DNA from: an uncultured Candidatus Saccharibacteria bacterium
GTDB taxonomy: Bacteria; Patescibacteriota; Minisyncoccia; Phycocordibacterales; UBA2100
NCBI GenBank assembly: GCA_964471165.1
Contig: CAYYEX010000006.1
Span: forward strand, 19,779-83,778
Direction of reading: 5' to 3'
DNA: 64,000 nucleotides
Shown: piece after piece, positions 27,806 through 36,854 of the stretch
Layout of the letters: every line of letters starts with the position of its first letter
Position numbering within the stretch: position 1 is the first letter of the stretch
Made by a program: the position numbers and the translations under genes
The notes under the pieces: model-generated
The model's database searches: none
Told to the model about the DNA's origin: nothing
Seen by the model: the letters and a program-made list of their open reading frames with translations, nothing else

Positions 27806-28513
27806 CTAGTAACGAATAATCAAGAGTCCATCGGTGAGCGCCTCATGCTTTTTCGAAACGGAGAGCAGTGACTGCGCTGTTTGCTCGGCAAGCGCTTGTC
27901 CGTCACTACCGGATGTGAGGAACGCCCACCATGGAAGATGTGCGGATGCCTGTCCCTTTGTATCTACCTCTACGTCGCTCGTGAGCGAGAGTGGAATGAA
28001 TCCAAAAAGCTTCACTGTGTGACGAACTTTCGCATTGATCCTATCGAAATTAAAGGCAATTTGCTCGAGTGCGGCATTCGCCGCTTTTGCTTCTGCTACG
28101 AACAGGCCACGAGCGCGTTCAACGTCTGCCTCAGTTGCGTCACCGGAACCACCGAGTAAAAGGCCAAAGTTTGTGGCCTGTTCCTGCGGCTGAGCAGAGT
28201 TCGAGAGAATCTCAATTTCACCCTTGTGCTTGTCGTCTTTGGATGTGCCTTGTGTGTTTGTATTGCCGTTTTCTATCTTTTTTTCTGGTGCAGCCGGAGC
28301 TTTGCCGGAGTCTCCTTCGATGGGAGGGATTTTGATTAAATAATCAACGCTTGCCGCTTGGGGGGAAGAGGTAGGGGCACTCACCATTGTGCCTGCTCGT
28401 GCGGGCGCAATGGGAGTTGCTCCAGCTCGCGTCGGAGCTCCTGATTGTGCGCTTGTAATTATTGGGCTGAGTAATAGTGCAGATACAAATACTGCAATAT
28501 GTTTGTAGTTCAT
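27806..28513 (-). CDS. secreted hypothetical protein
   Basis: It has a signal peptide (MNYKHIAVFVSALLLSPIITSAQS) and an Ala/Pro-rich linker. The start was set at the signal peptide. Confidence 0.45.
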   Translation of the reverse strand: MNYKHIAVFVSALLLSPIITSAQSGAPTRAGATPIAPARAGTMVSAPTSSPQAASVDYLIKIPPIEGDSGKAPAAPEKKIENGNTNTQGTSKDDKHKGEIEILSNSAQPQEQATNFGLLLGGSGDATEADVERARGLFVAEAKAANAALEQIAFNFDRINAKVRHTVKLFGFIPLSLTSDVEVDTKGQASAHLPWWAFLTSGSDGQALAEQTAQSLLSVSKKHEALTDGLLIIRY

Positions 28514-28664
28514 AAAGAAAGTATACACAAATACGAGGAAGGACTCATGCTGTAATGCGGGTCTACTCCAGGGTTGGATGCGCTGCTGAACCTCAATACA
28601 AAAGTCGCCCGGGCACAGGCGCGGGCGACCATTGGACGAGAGCGAAGTAAAGACGTACCCAGAT

Positions 28665-28844
28665 TTAGTCGGTCTGTTCGACCAGGACTCCGTAGCGCCA
28701 GCGCGCACGGCTGTGCGTGCGGTTTGCGCGAGCAAACTGCTCGAGCGGGGTGAGCGGTCGGCTCGCCAAGCCCGTGAATGCCGCAAACAGTGCGGCGAGA
28801 ATCCCCACGATGATGGCGATATCGGTGTCAGTAATGCTTGGCAT
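28665..28844 (-). CDS. small membrane protein (59 aa)
   Basis: It starts at the internal MPSITDTD, has GGGGAA 6 nt upstream and one transmembrane helix. Confidence 0.25.
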   Translation of the reverse strand: MPSITDTDIAIIVGILAALFAAFTGLASRPLTPLEQFARANRTHSRARWRYGVLVEQTD

Positions 28845-28975
28845 GCATTTCCCCAAATGCTGATACGCAGTTGATACAAACTGTATTGTGCCTCGTAAAA
28901 CGAGGTGTGTCAAGTATGGTCAATCTAGAGCGCGAGGTAGAACGCACGGCTCGCTTCACGCTACCTGCAAGCAAT

Positions 28976-29362
28976 CTACGCAGCCAAAGCCGCAGGTGGG
29001 GCTAACACCTTTTTGATTTCCTCGATGAGAAGCTGGGGCGTTGTATGTGCCTTTACGACGTAGCTTGCTGCGCCGCCCTGTTTCATTCGCTCAATAGATT
29101 TTTCGTCTGAGAGGTTACTGATGACGATAACGGGAATTTGTTTTGTTGCATCGAGCGACTTCACAATTTGAAGCACCTCAAAGCCGTCTTTACCGGGGAG
29201 CAGGATGTCGAGCAGAATGATGTCGAAATGTCTTTCAATTGCTCGAGCGACCGCGCTATCGCCATCGTAGGCGCAAATAACGTCGTACAAGGCGTCTCGG
29301 AAGCTGCCGGCAAGAATAGATGATAAAAACCGGTCGTCTTCTACAAGCAGAATCTTTTTCAT
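28976..29362 (-). CDS. single-domain response regulator (CheY-like receiver)
   Basis: It has DDxxxxxxL...D (ILLDILLPGKDG)...K receiver motifs. Confidence 0.75.
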   Translation of the reverse strand: MKKILLVEDDRFLSSILAGSFRDALYDVICAYDGDSAVARAIERHFDIILLDILLPGKDGFEVLQIVKSLDATKQIPVIVISNLSDEKSIERMKQGGAASYVVKAHTTPQLLIEEIKKVLAPPAALAA

Positions 29363-29403
29363 ATGCCTAGTATACTATCCGTTTTCGGGCATACATACAC
29401 TGC

Positions 29404-30150
29404 TTAGATTTCGATGGTTACGAGGATTGGGAGGTGGTCAGAAAACCCGGTTTTTACAATTTCTGCCTGCACTACGCGTATATCTCTGGTGCCGAACGCG
29501 TAATCAATTCGCCAGTCGAGGGTATCTGCTTTGAATCCGTCGTAATCGCAGGGTTTTGTCGTCCACGTGCCTTCAGTGTAATCAGGGCCAAGATTTTGCA
29601 GATTCTTTTCAAGATTAGAAATGAGATATGAACCAGGGAGTGAATTCAGGTCACCCGTCAGTATGTATCGTGATGACTTCGTTTGTATGACATCGAGTAG
29701 CGTAGCTGCCTCTGCCTCTCGCGCAACGGTGTCAGCGAACTCATGCGTGTAGGAAACGTGCGCAGTGCCTACGGTAATTCGATGCGAACCGAGGTCAATC
29801 TCCGCCTCCGCATAAACACGGAACTCATCGTCGAAGGTTTGGCCGCCGTATTTGGGTTCGTTAATCCACTGCCAAGAAGTTTTGGAAATTGGGTAGCGAC
29901 TAAAGATTCCGTTTGCAAGCGATGCTACGCCATCGCGTGGAGCAAGATTCGGGATTTCTTTATGGAATTGATTGTAGCCGCACGCCGTCGCCAAATATTC
30001 CGGCATGCTTACGCCGCCTTGAAGAGGGGAGCCAATGGTCAGTTCCTGAAGGCAAACAATGTCTGCGTCAACCTCTTTCAAGAGGGCGAGGATATTCTCT
30101 TTCTTTTCCAAGACCCAGCAGTTCCACTGCAAGAGAGTGATTTTCGTCAT
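29404..30150 (-). CDS. endonuclease/exonuclease/phosphatase (EEP) family protein
   Basis: It carries EEP motifs (LQWNCW, CLQEL, GDLNS, SDHLPI). Confidence 0.7.
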   Translation of the reverse strand: MTKITLLQWNCWVLEKKENILALLKEVDADIVCLQELTIGSPLQGGVSMPEYLATACGYNQFHKEIPNLAPRDGVASLANGIFSRYPISKTSWQWINEPKYGGQTFDDEFRVYAEAEIDLGSHRITVGTAHVSYTHEFADTVAREAEAATLLDVIQTKSSRYILTGDLNSLPGSYLISNLEKNLQNLGPDYTEGTWTTKPCDYDGFKADTLDWRIDYAFGTRDIRVVQAEIVKTGFSDHLPILVTIEI

Positions 30151-30174
30151 GTGTTCGAATGGGTTGTCCGGAAA

Positions 30175-31161
30175 TTAGGAAACAACACGTATCTTTTTAA
30201 AGTTCTTTCTACCAAGTCCATCAATGTTCATGGGCTCCCACTCCACCACCGCTCTATCAAGTTGCGAAGGGGAAAGAATCGTCTCAATGAAACCATCATC
30301 GCGTCTTTGCAGTGCTCCGACACCCACCCAGAACTTAGCGATTGATGTTTTTGTTGTGCCAATAGGAATAACGTTTGGTTCAAAAAATGTTGTAAAAGCA
30401 GTTATGTTCGCCGTAGTATATGCGGGACGTAACCGGTTTTGTTTCTCCTGGAGGTTGTAGTAGGCGTAGTGCATGAGGTCTACTTTTTCTCGCCACAGCG
30501 GGTCTTTCAATTGTTCGGGAGATGGTTTTACATTCATTTCTATCGAGTTGCGAGATGCGTCCGAGAGCGGTTGTGGATTTGTTGCGCGAGTTTTCGCAAG
30601 CTGCTCCATTTCGTTCGCGAGACCTGTCTCAAACGCTTGAGCACTTTCATATTGCGCCCGCTCAAGAAATACCTCGAACGCGAGATTGGAGGGGAGCCAG
30701 GGTTCAATAAACATCAGTAAATCATTAAAACTCGCTTGGTATGCATCGAGGTCGCTCTGCGGAATGTTGTTCATCTTGCTTATGACAACCTCGTCTACCC
30801 AAAAAGTAAAAACAACTCCATGGGGATATAGGGCGCAGACCGGCTTGAGCCACCGGGCAATGTACATAATAGTAAAGAGTTCGGCCCAATCGGCCTCCGG
30901 TGTTTCATCGAGACGCCACAGTTTGTAGCCGCCAAATGGCCACGCGATTTTTACAGGTTCTCCGTTTGCGATATTTTTTTCAATCGCAGCCCGAATAATG
31001 TTTTGATTCTTTTCCGGTATGGAAAATTTTCTGAATCGCTTGGACATGAGTGCCTTCAATATCGACTCAATCATCTCCTCGGGGTTGTTCGGTTTGAGTT
31101 GCGACGACAAAGGTTCTCGGAGTGCGTCGAGCTGAGAGAGGACGTATTCTTGGGTGTTCAT
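30175..31161 (-). CDS. hypothetical protein (329 aa, no recognised family)
   Basis: It is a long ORF with protein-like composition, in the same operon as the EEP and receiver genes. The start was chosen at MNTQEY because the upstream in-frame part overlaps tRNA-Cys. Confidence 0.5.
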   Translation of the reverse strand: MNTQEYVLSQLDALREPLSSQLKPNNPEEMIESILKALMSKRFRKFSIPEKNQNIIRAAIEKNIANGEPVKIAWPFGGYKLWRLDETPEADWAELFTIMYIARWLKPVCALYPHGVVFTFWVDEVVISKMNNIPQSDLDAYQASFNDLLMFIEPWLPSNLAFEVFLERAQYESAQAFETGLANEMEQLAKTRATNPQPLSDASRNSIEMNVKPSPEQLKDPLWREKVDLMHYAYYNLQEKQNRLRPAYTTANITAFTTFFEPNVIPIGTTKTSIAKFWVGVGALQRRDDGFIETILSPSQLDRAVVEWEPMNIDGLGRKNFKKIRVVS

Positions 31162-31162
31162 A

Positions 31163-31239
31163 TGGAGATGCGGGTAGGAATTGAACCTACGTCTCCTGTC
31201 TTGCAGACAGGCGCCTGAATCCGTCTCGGCGACCGCATC
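31163..31239 (-). tRNA. tRNA-Cys (anticodon GCA), CCA encoded
   Basis: I folded the cloverleaf by hand. The acceptor GAUGCGG/CCGCAUC pairs for 7 bp, the discriminator is U73, the anticodon loop is CU-GCA-AG and the T-arm is GUAGG-UUCAAUU-CCUAC. Confidence 0.85.
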
Positions 31240-31283
31240 GAAACAATTGTAGCAACCTGCCACCCGTCAACCCAAGCATTAAT

Positions 31284-31769
31284 CTACAAGCCCACGAGAG
31301 AGCCGACCAAGATGCCTACTCCAATCGCCCCGCCGCCCACTATTGCCATACGGAACGCGCTTCGTAATACGCGCGCACGTGCGAACGCACCACTTGCTGC
31401 GCCGAGTATGAAGAGTGCTGCGATAGAAAGTACGATGGAAATTATGAGCGCGTTTGTACCTGTAACAACGAGATACGGGAACAGTGGTATAAATCCCGCA
31501 ACAAAGTAGGAACAGAACATAACCGCGCCCGCAAGAACAGAATCCTTTTGGGAAACATTTTGACCCGCAGTGTATTCCTCTGCAGAAGTTTCTGAAAGGA
31601 AACTCCCTGCTCCCATGGAAAATGCTTCTACAAAGATGAGAACTACACCGGTGAGGAATATAGTGTAGTGCTCCACTCCGGCAATCGCGATACCTGAAAG
31701 CAGTCCGACGGTGGAGACAAGGCTATCTTCCACGCCAAAAATAAAATTGCGAAAGTATGTTACTCGCAT
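31284..31769 (-). CDS. VIT1/CCC1-family (DUF125) membrane protein
   Basis: It carries the EDSLVSTVGLLSGIA signature and has 5 transmembrane helices. Confidence 0.65.
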   Translation of the reverse strand: MRVTYFRNFIFGVEDSLVSTVGLLSGIAIAGVEHYTIFLTGVVLIFVEAFSMGAGSFLSETSAEEYTAGQNVSQKDSVLAGAVMFCSYFVAGFIPLFPYLVVTGTNALIISIVLSIAALFILGAASGAFARARVLRSAFRMAIVGGGAIGVGILVGSLVGL

Positions 31770-31870
31770 AAAAAAAGCATAGCACCGCGTCTCCCGATAC
31801 GACATCTTTTTGTGAGCCACTGGTCATTTGGTGATTGCAGCAAGAGTCGCAATATTTTACGTGCAAAGAA

Positions 31871-32440
31871 TTAGCCAAAAAAATATGTGTATACGTATAG
31901 TCCGGCAAACGCAATAACGCTGTTGTACACAAACGTGCCCAATTGCAGGGGAATCATTGTTTTGATAAACGGATACCGAGCGATACCCATAGGTATGGTA
32001 ACGACATCGTTCGAGAGAGGTGCCGCACAGCCATAGGCAAATATAGCCAGTGGCAACAGCCATGGGCGCTTCTGTGCGGTAGATAACAAGTACTCCTGTA
32101 TCGTGCGAACATAACCCCGCTCTGCCAACTTGCCACTCATTCGTCCGAGCCCGTATGCTACCGTGCCACCGAGACCATCTCCAATCGTCGCGACAAAAGC
32201 AATCAAAATTGGATTCAGACCGCCAGCTACAAGTGTAATTAACGTGAGTACGTATGGAACGCCAGTAAACAAACTAACACCAGAGAAGAATGCAAGGGCA
32301 AACATGAGCACGTATCCGTTTTCGATACCTATGTACTCCACAAATGCTTCAGGTGTTGTATTTGAGAGTAGAACAGAAAACGCAATGATTCCGCTCACAA
32401 GTGTGAGGACTGGGAGGAGCGGTAGGATTTTTGACCGCAT
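31871..32440 (-). CDS. TVP38/TMEM64 (VTT/DedA-like) family membrane protein
   Basis: It is a multi-transmembrane protein with a GVPYVLTLITLVAGG VTT-like motif. Confidence 0.6.
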   Translation of the reverse strand: MRSKILPLLPVLTLVSGIIAFSVLLSNTTPEAFVEYIGIENGYVLMFALAFFSGVSLFTGVPYVLTLITLVAGGLNPILIAFVATIGDGLGGTVAYGLGRMSGKLAERGYVRTIQEYLLSTAQKRPWLLPLAIFAYGCAAPLSNDVVTIPMGIARYPFIKTMIPLQLGTFVYNSVIAFAGLYVYTYFFG

Positions 32441-32450
32441 GGGGAGCTTG

Positions 32451-32807
32451 CTAGCGCAAATAGATGAGTTTTGTAACCACCACGTTGTTCCTGAGACGAA
32501 AGCCCTCAATACGGACTCGTTCTCCTTGCTCGAAAGTAATATCGCAAATCTTTAACATTGTCTCGCTGCCACAGCGACTCCCGCCATTAAATTCAAGTCG
32601 TTGAGTAAGTCCGGATGCGCCGGGATTTTCGTATACGAGATACCACACGTTGGGCTCAAGTCCGGGGTTATTTTGAACAATGTTTCCATCGTGTACGAAC
32701 ATTACCGGTTTTGCAGGGTGCATGATTGGTTTCTCTGGAAATAGGTACCAGGCTGCAACAGCGAGCATTGCTAATAACAAAATCCCTGCAAAGGTTTTCC
32801 AGTTCAT
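32451..32807 (-). CDS. small membrane-anchored hypothetical protein
   Basis: It has an N-terminal transmembrane helix (MNWKTFAGILLLAMLAVAAWYLF). Confidence 0.35.
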   Translation of the reverse strand: MNWKTFAGILLLAMLAVAAWYLFPEKPIMHPAKPVMFVHDGNIVQNNPGLEPNVWYLVYENPGASGLTQRLEFNGGSRCGSETMLKICDITFEQGERVRIEGFRLRNNVVVTKLIYLR

Positions 32808-32850
32808 ATGATTACTCAGGTATCTACCAGTCAAAGCATCAGAATTGGAA

Positions 32851-33357
32851 TTATATACGTGCTCGGCGGGCGAGCTGAGCCTTCTTAATATTTTGAGCTC
32901 GAGCCTTACGCATTGCTGGGGTTGGCTTCAAACGCTCTGGAACATTGCGAGGATGTGCGCGAAAAATATCGCCTTTGATGTGAACGATAGGTCCCTTGAT
33001 TTGTTTTAATGCTGAGCGGTCTTTCACGTCAGTAATAATCAGTTTGCCGTTGGCGACACGAGCGTGGCTCTTACTAATGAGCCAGCTCGCCGTGCTCCAG
33101 CTCCCGCTCGCGCGTCTGCCTGCAACGCGTTCGAGTCCTCCCGGTTTGCCCACGTCTTGTACACGAAACGATACGAATTCGCTCTTTGGGCGCACTTCGA
33201 TTCTATAGAATTTACCCTCACCGGTCGTACCGGGCTTCTTGCGTCCGCGGCCTTGCGGTTGCGCGATTGCTCGCGCTCGATGAGTCATGCCTTTCCACGC
33301 GGCCTGAGCTTTCTTTATGTTCTTTTTCGCCGCGACCTTCTGTTTACCTGTAGCCAT
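32851..33357 (-). CDS. highly basic hypothetical protein with terminal NIKKAQ repeats (possible nucleic-acid-binding protein)
   Basis: It is lysine/arginine-rich throughout (about 27% K+R). The N-terminal KKNIKKAQAAW and C-terminal AQNIKKAQLARRAR motifs mirror each other. Confidence 0.45.
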   Translation of the reverse strand: MATGKQKVAAKKNIKKAQAAWKGMTHRARAIAQPQGRGRKKPGTTGEGKFYRIEVRPKSEFVSFRVQDVGKPGGLERVAGRRASGSWSTASWLISKSHARVANGKLIITDVKDRSALKQIKGPIVHIKGDIFRAHPRNVPERLKPTPAMRKARAQNIKKAQLARRARI

Positions 33358-33520
33358 ATTAGTATTGCTGAGCGACTAATCTTTTTTCTCAACTACAATC
33401 ACCAAGGGCAGAATCTATGCCAGTACTCTCATGATAGACCTATTGTCCTTTTGGGCAAGGTTTGTGCATATCACACGTGGTTGCGCATGTCGGGGGAAGC
33501 TCTCGGGGGGGGATTCGGCC

Positions 33521-33547
33521 AAGCAGCAACCGTGCTTCGTTTTTTTG
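33521..33547 (+). terminator. orphan intrinsic terminator (plus strand) in a minus-strand intergenic region
   Basis: The hairpin aagca-gcaaccg-tgctt is followed by cgttttttt. There is no plus-strand ORF upstream. Confidence 0.45.
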
Positions 33548-33570
33548 GAGGACACGCATCCGGGAATAAT

Positions 33571-34314
33571 CTAGAGACCCCGCGCTAGTTTTATTTTGCT
33601 AGAGGCAAAGTCAGGCACAGAATGTGTCGGGGCTTTCGCTAACGAAAGCACGCCGCTTACTGGTCGCACTACAATAAACCTTTTTTTCCATGCGAGGAGG
33701 AAGTCCGAAACAGAAATTTCCTTGTCACCGGATTTTGCTGCCGGGTCACTGTAGCTGAGTACGCCGTCCGTAACGCTATTAATAACGACTAGATGGGGGA
33801 TGGTGCTCTTCGGGTCGAATTTGTAGTGTACAGATGCGATAACCGGGCCATTGGAAAGGTAGGATGCGAGCTCAGCAAATGCGGCTTTTGAACTTAATGA
33901 ACCGAGGTCGTAACTGTTGCCGTCGAGTCCATATTTCCGTGAGAGCCCGATAAGCCCTTTGTATGTCCATCCGGCGTTCTCCAGATATGCACCCGCAGAG
34001 ATGCCTTGTGCAAGAAGCGTGTTAACCGATACGGTGTCCGGGCTATAGAAGTTTATAATCATCGCAAGGCTCGTTACGCCGCACCCGACTTTTTGCCATC
34101 TGGTGGATGTGATGTCCTGAAACTGCGAGTAAAAGGGGACGACTGGTAGTGTGACTGCCATCGCGACGACAGGTTTCGGGGACACTGGTGTGAACAGAAT
34201 CTGCTGGTACTGAGGCGTAATGTGCGAGAGTGGCGCGGTGTGTGCGATCGTAAAAGGTATTAGCATCGATGCATCATTCCAGATGGGGTTTTCATGAACA
34301 AGGGCAATCTTCAT
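33571..34314 (-). CDS. peptidase C39-like (papain-like) domain protein
   Basis: WQKVGCGVTSLAMIINFY matches the C39_2 catalytic Cys motif. Confidence 0.6.
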   Translation of the reverse strand: MKIALVHENPIWNDASMLIPFTIAHTAPLSHITPQYQQILFTPVSPKPVVAMAVTLPVVPFYSQFQDITSTRWQKVGCGVTSLAMIINFYSPDTVSVNTLLAQGISAGAYLENAGWTYKGLIGLSRKYGLDGNSYDLGSLSSKAAFAELASYLSNGPVIASVHYKFDPKSTIPHLVVINSVTDGVLSYSDPAAKSGDKEISVSDFLLAWKKRFIVVRPVSGVLSLAKAPTHSVPDFASSKIKLARGL

Positions 34315-34345
34315 CTTGAGTTTCTTCAGCTTAAAAATGTGCTGT

Positions 34346-35197
34346 TCAATTCTGCACCGTGACTTTTGTTCCGACTACTGCCCATGCGTACAGCTCTTTT
34401 GCTTTCTGCGGCGGCAGGTTGACGCAGCCGTGTGACCACTGTTCGCCAAAATGATCATGCCAGTACGCGCCGTGAATTACTGCACCACCCTGTGTAAAGT
34501 ACAAATTCCAGGGAACCCCGGGCAGGTCGTACACCTGCTCGCTCACGCCGGGTAGTGGGCCCTGCATGTATCGTGCAGGCGTCATTTTAAATACTGTGAA
34601 CGTACCGCGGTCGGTCGGGGTGAGTTCGAGCCCCGTGGAGACGGGCTCTTTCATAAAAAGGGTGTCGCCGTCGTAGGCGTAGAGTATTTGTTCAGATATA
34701 TCGACAATAATTCTCTTTGTAGTAGTTGCGTTGTTTTTGGTCAGGGCATGATTACCATCGTCATAGAAAATACGGACAAACTCAGCGGCAACATACAGGT
34801 TTTTTGGAAGACGATCGGGGTATTTCACAGTATTATCGAACCCGATTTTGTTCCACACTTTTCCGTCTACAGTGACCTCTTTTTCAACCCGCAGGACAAT
34901 GCCGGTGCGCAGTCGCGCAACAGTGGGGTATTCGATACCCGGACCGGAGCGCAAATTTACGCATACACCCGTATCGTAGTATGGACCACATCCGTCCAGC
35001 ACCTCTAGATACTCATACAGCGGCGGTTGGACATTTCCCAGTAACGATGTTGTCGTTGCAGTCTGCCCGCCTCCCGGAACAATGCCGGTAACTGTCGAAG
35101 TACTGTGTATATAGATGCCGACAGATATTGTGACGGTGATAAACACAGCTGCGACCGCTAGGGAGATGAGGGGGTGCCGACGATAGAAAGTGCTCAC
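34346..35197 (-). CDS. L,D-transpeptidase (YkuD/ErfK family), membrane-anchored
   Basis: It has the catalytic HGAYWHDHFGEQWSHGCVNL motif and an N-terminal transmembrane helix. Confidence 0.8.
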   Translation of the reverse strand: MSTFYRRHPLISLAVAAVFITVTISVGIYIHSTSTVTGIVPGGGQTATTTSLLGNVQPPLYEYLEVLDGCGPYYDTGVCVNLRSGPGIEYPTVARLRTGIVLRVEKEVTVDGKVWNKIGFDNTVKYPDRLPKNLYVAAEFVRIFYDDGNHALTKNNATTTKRIIVDISEQILYAYDGDTLFMKEPVSTGLELTPTDRGTFTVFKMTPARYMQGPLPGVSEQVYDLPGVPWNLYFTQGGAVIHGAYWHDHFGEQWSHGCVNLPPQKAKELYAWAVVGTKVTVQN

Positions 35198-35452
35198 GGG
35201 TCCATCTTAATGAACCCGTGGTGAGGAATTCATGAATGCCCCGTGAGCACGTATGGGATTGAAATCGTCAAACCCCAGAAGCCGGTCGCAGTGATACAGC
35301 TGATTTCGGTGTCTTGCCCCTGAGTTGGACCTGTTCAGAGCTTTGGATTGGAATGACTTAGGGCTCGAATTACAATGGTAAGCAGCAACCCCACCGAGCC
35401 TAACGCTATTCCGATGGAGTACAGCTTAGAATAGGTGTAGCATGAAAGTCTG

Positions 35453-36538
35453 ATGAGCAACCGTTCACAGGCCGCAAGTGGCAAAATACTCTCGCTGCAG
35501 AGTGAAGCGCCCGGTTTCTACGCATATGCAGAATCGAATCCAAGTGCGATTCTCGTAACAAACACAAAGGGTGAAATCGAATACGTTAATGCCGCATGGG
35601 TGCGGCTGACGGGGTACACAAGCAAAGAGGTGCTTGGAAAAAACCCACGTTTTTTGAGTAGCGGAAAGTCTCCAAAAGGTTTGCACAAGCTGCTCTGGGC
35701 CGCACTCGCCAACGGAGAAACTTTTGAGAGTGATGAATTTGTCGATAAGAGGAAAGACGGATCATTTTTTTCTTTGAGCGCGGTATTTTTCCCCGCTCAG
35801 CTACGCAAAGACATCACATACTTCGTTCAGGTGCTACAAGACATATCAAACAAAAAGGAAATAGAGAAGTTGAAAGACTCGTTTATTAGAACGGCTTCGC
35901 ATGAGCTTCGTAACCCACTTTCGGCGCTGGTGTTCTCGCTTGATCTACTGAAGCATGAGCTCGGCTCAATACCCGCGGCGGCTAAGGACGCGCTCGAAAC
36001 ATTGTCTTCTGAAATGGTTCGCTTCAGGTCTCTCTTCAACTATCTGCTCGACGCAAACAAAATTCATGCGGATACCTTTCACGTTCACCGAGAGCGAAAA
36101 AATCTTCTTCGCGTTATCGAAAGAGTCGTTGAAGAGATACGAGGCATATTTCCAAGCCACAGGCTCCTAATCGAAAACATGAGCGACCACCCGTTTGCCC
36201 TCGTTGATGAGGCGAGAATCGAGCAGGTTCTGATAAATCTCATTTCCAATGCTGTTAAATATTCTCCTGAGGCGAATCGCGTAATAATTCGATTGGCTGA
36301 AGAGACGGATGCGCTCACGGTGTCGGTACAGGACTTCGGTATTGGTATCCCGCGAGACGAGCAGGCAAAGATATTTGAGATGCTGTATCGAGCCAAAAAT
36401 AAAGGCGATATTCAGGGGAGTGGTTTTGGCTTGTACATATCAGCACAGATTCTTGCTGCGCATGAAACTCACTTTTCGGTTGAAAGTGACACAAACACGG
36501 GCTCTACTTTCTCTTTCTCGCTACCGCTCCTCCAGTGA
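35453..36538 (+). CDS. cytoplasmic PAS-domain sensor histidine kinase
   Basis: It has a PAS domain (NAAWVRLTGYTSKEVLGKNPRFL), a HisKA H-box (ASHELRNPL) and an HATPase_c domain (GIGIPRDE...GSGFGL). Confidence 0.8.
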   Translation: MSNRSQAASGKILSLQSEAPGFYAYAESNPSAILVTNTKGEIEYVNAAWVRLTGYTSKEVLGKNPRFLSSGKSPKGLHKLLWAALANGETFESDEFVDKRKDGSFFSLSAVFFPAQLRKDITYFVQVLQDISNKKEIEKLKDSFIRTASHELRNPLSALVFSLDLLKHELGSIPAAAKDALETLSSEMVRFRSLFNYLLDANKIHADTFHVHRERKNLLRVIERVVEEIRGIFPSHRLLIENMSDHPFALVDEARIEQVLINLISNAVKYSPEANRVIIRLAEETDALTVSVQDFGIGIPRDEQAKIFEMLYRAKNKGDIQGSGFGLYISAQILAAHETHFSVESDTNTGSTFSFSLPLLQ

Positions 36539-36854
36539 ATGTGAGAGAATTTTCTGCTACTGCGGGTAGGATTCTCCCTCGATTAAAAACTCGCCGTCGC
36601 TCAAGTTTGTCTGGGCGCCTCCTCATTGTTCGCCCCACTCGGCACACATTGCTCCGGCGGTCGAATCCTACGTGAACTTGGCGCATGTACGGTTCTCCGC
36701 AGGACCGCATATGAAAAGAGCGCCTTTCGGCGTCTTTTCAAATCGCCCCCCGTAGGACGACTTCAAAACTATTGAGTGGAGCCAAACTGTCCGCAAGTTA
36801 GTTGCGTTCGGCTTCATTTCTGGAATCAGTGAATAACGAAGCGGACACCGACAA

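Noticed and set aside
33380-33548. SRP (4.5S) RNA
   Set aside because: There are GGGAAGC and CCAAGCAGC words, but the conserved domain-IV pattern (GNRA tetraloop flanked by GGAAG...AGCAGCC in the right order) cannot be aligned on either strand. It is kept only as a generic sRNA candidate.
36560-36680. Degenerate tRNA or tmRNA 3' domain
   Set aside because: A T-arm-like GGTAGGATTC is present but there is no matching acceptor stem or anticodon arm, and no CCA or discriminator context. It is treated as a structured repeat instead.
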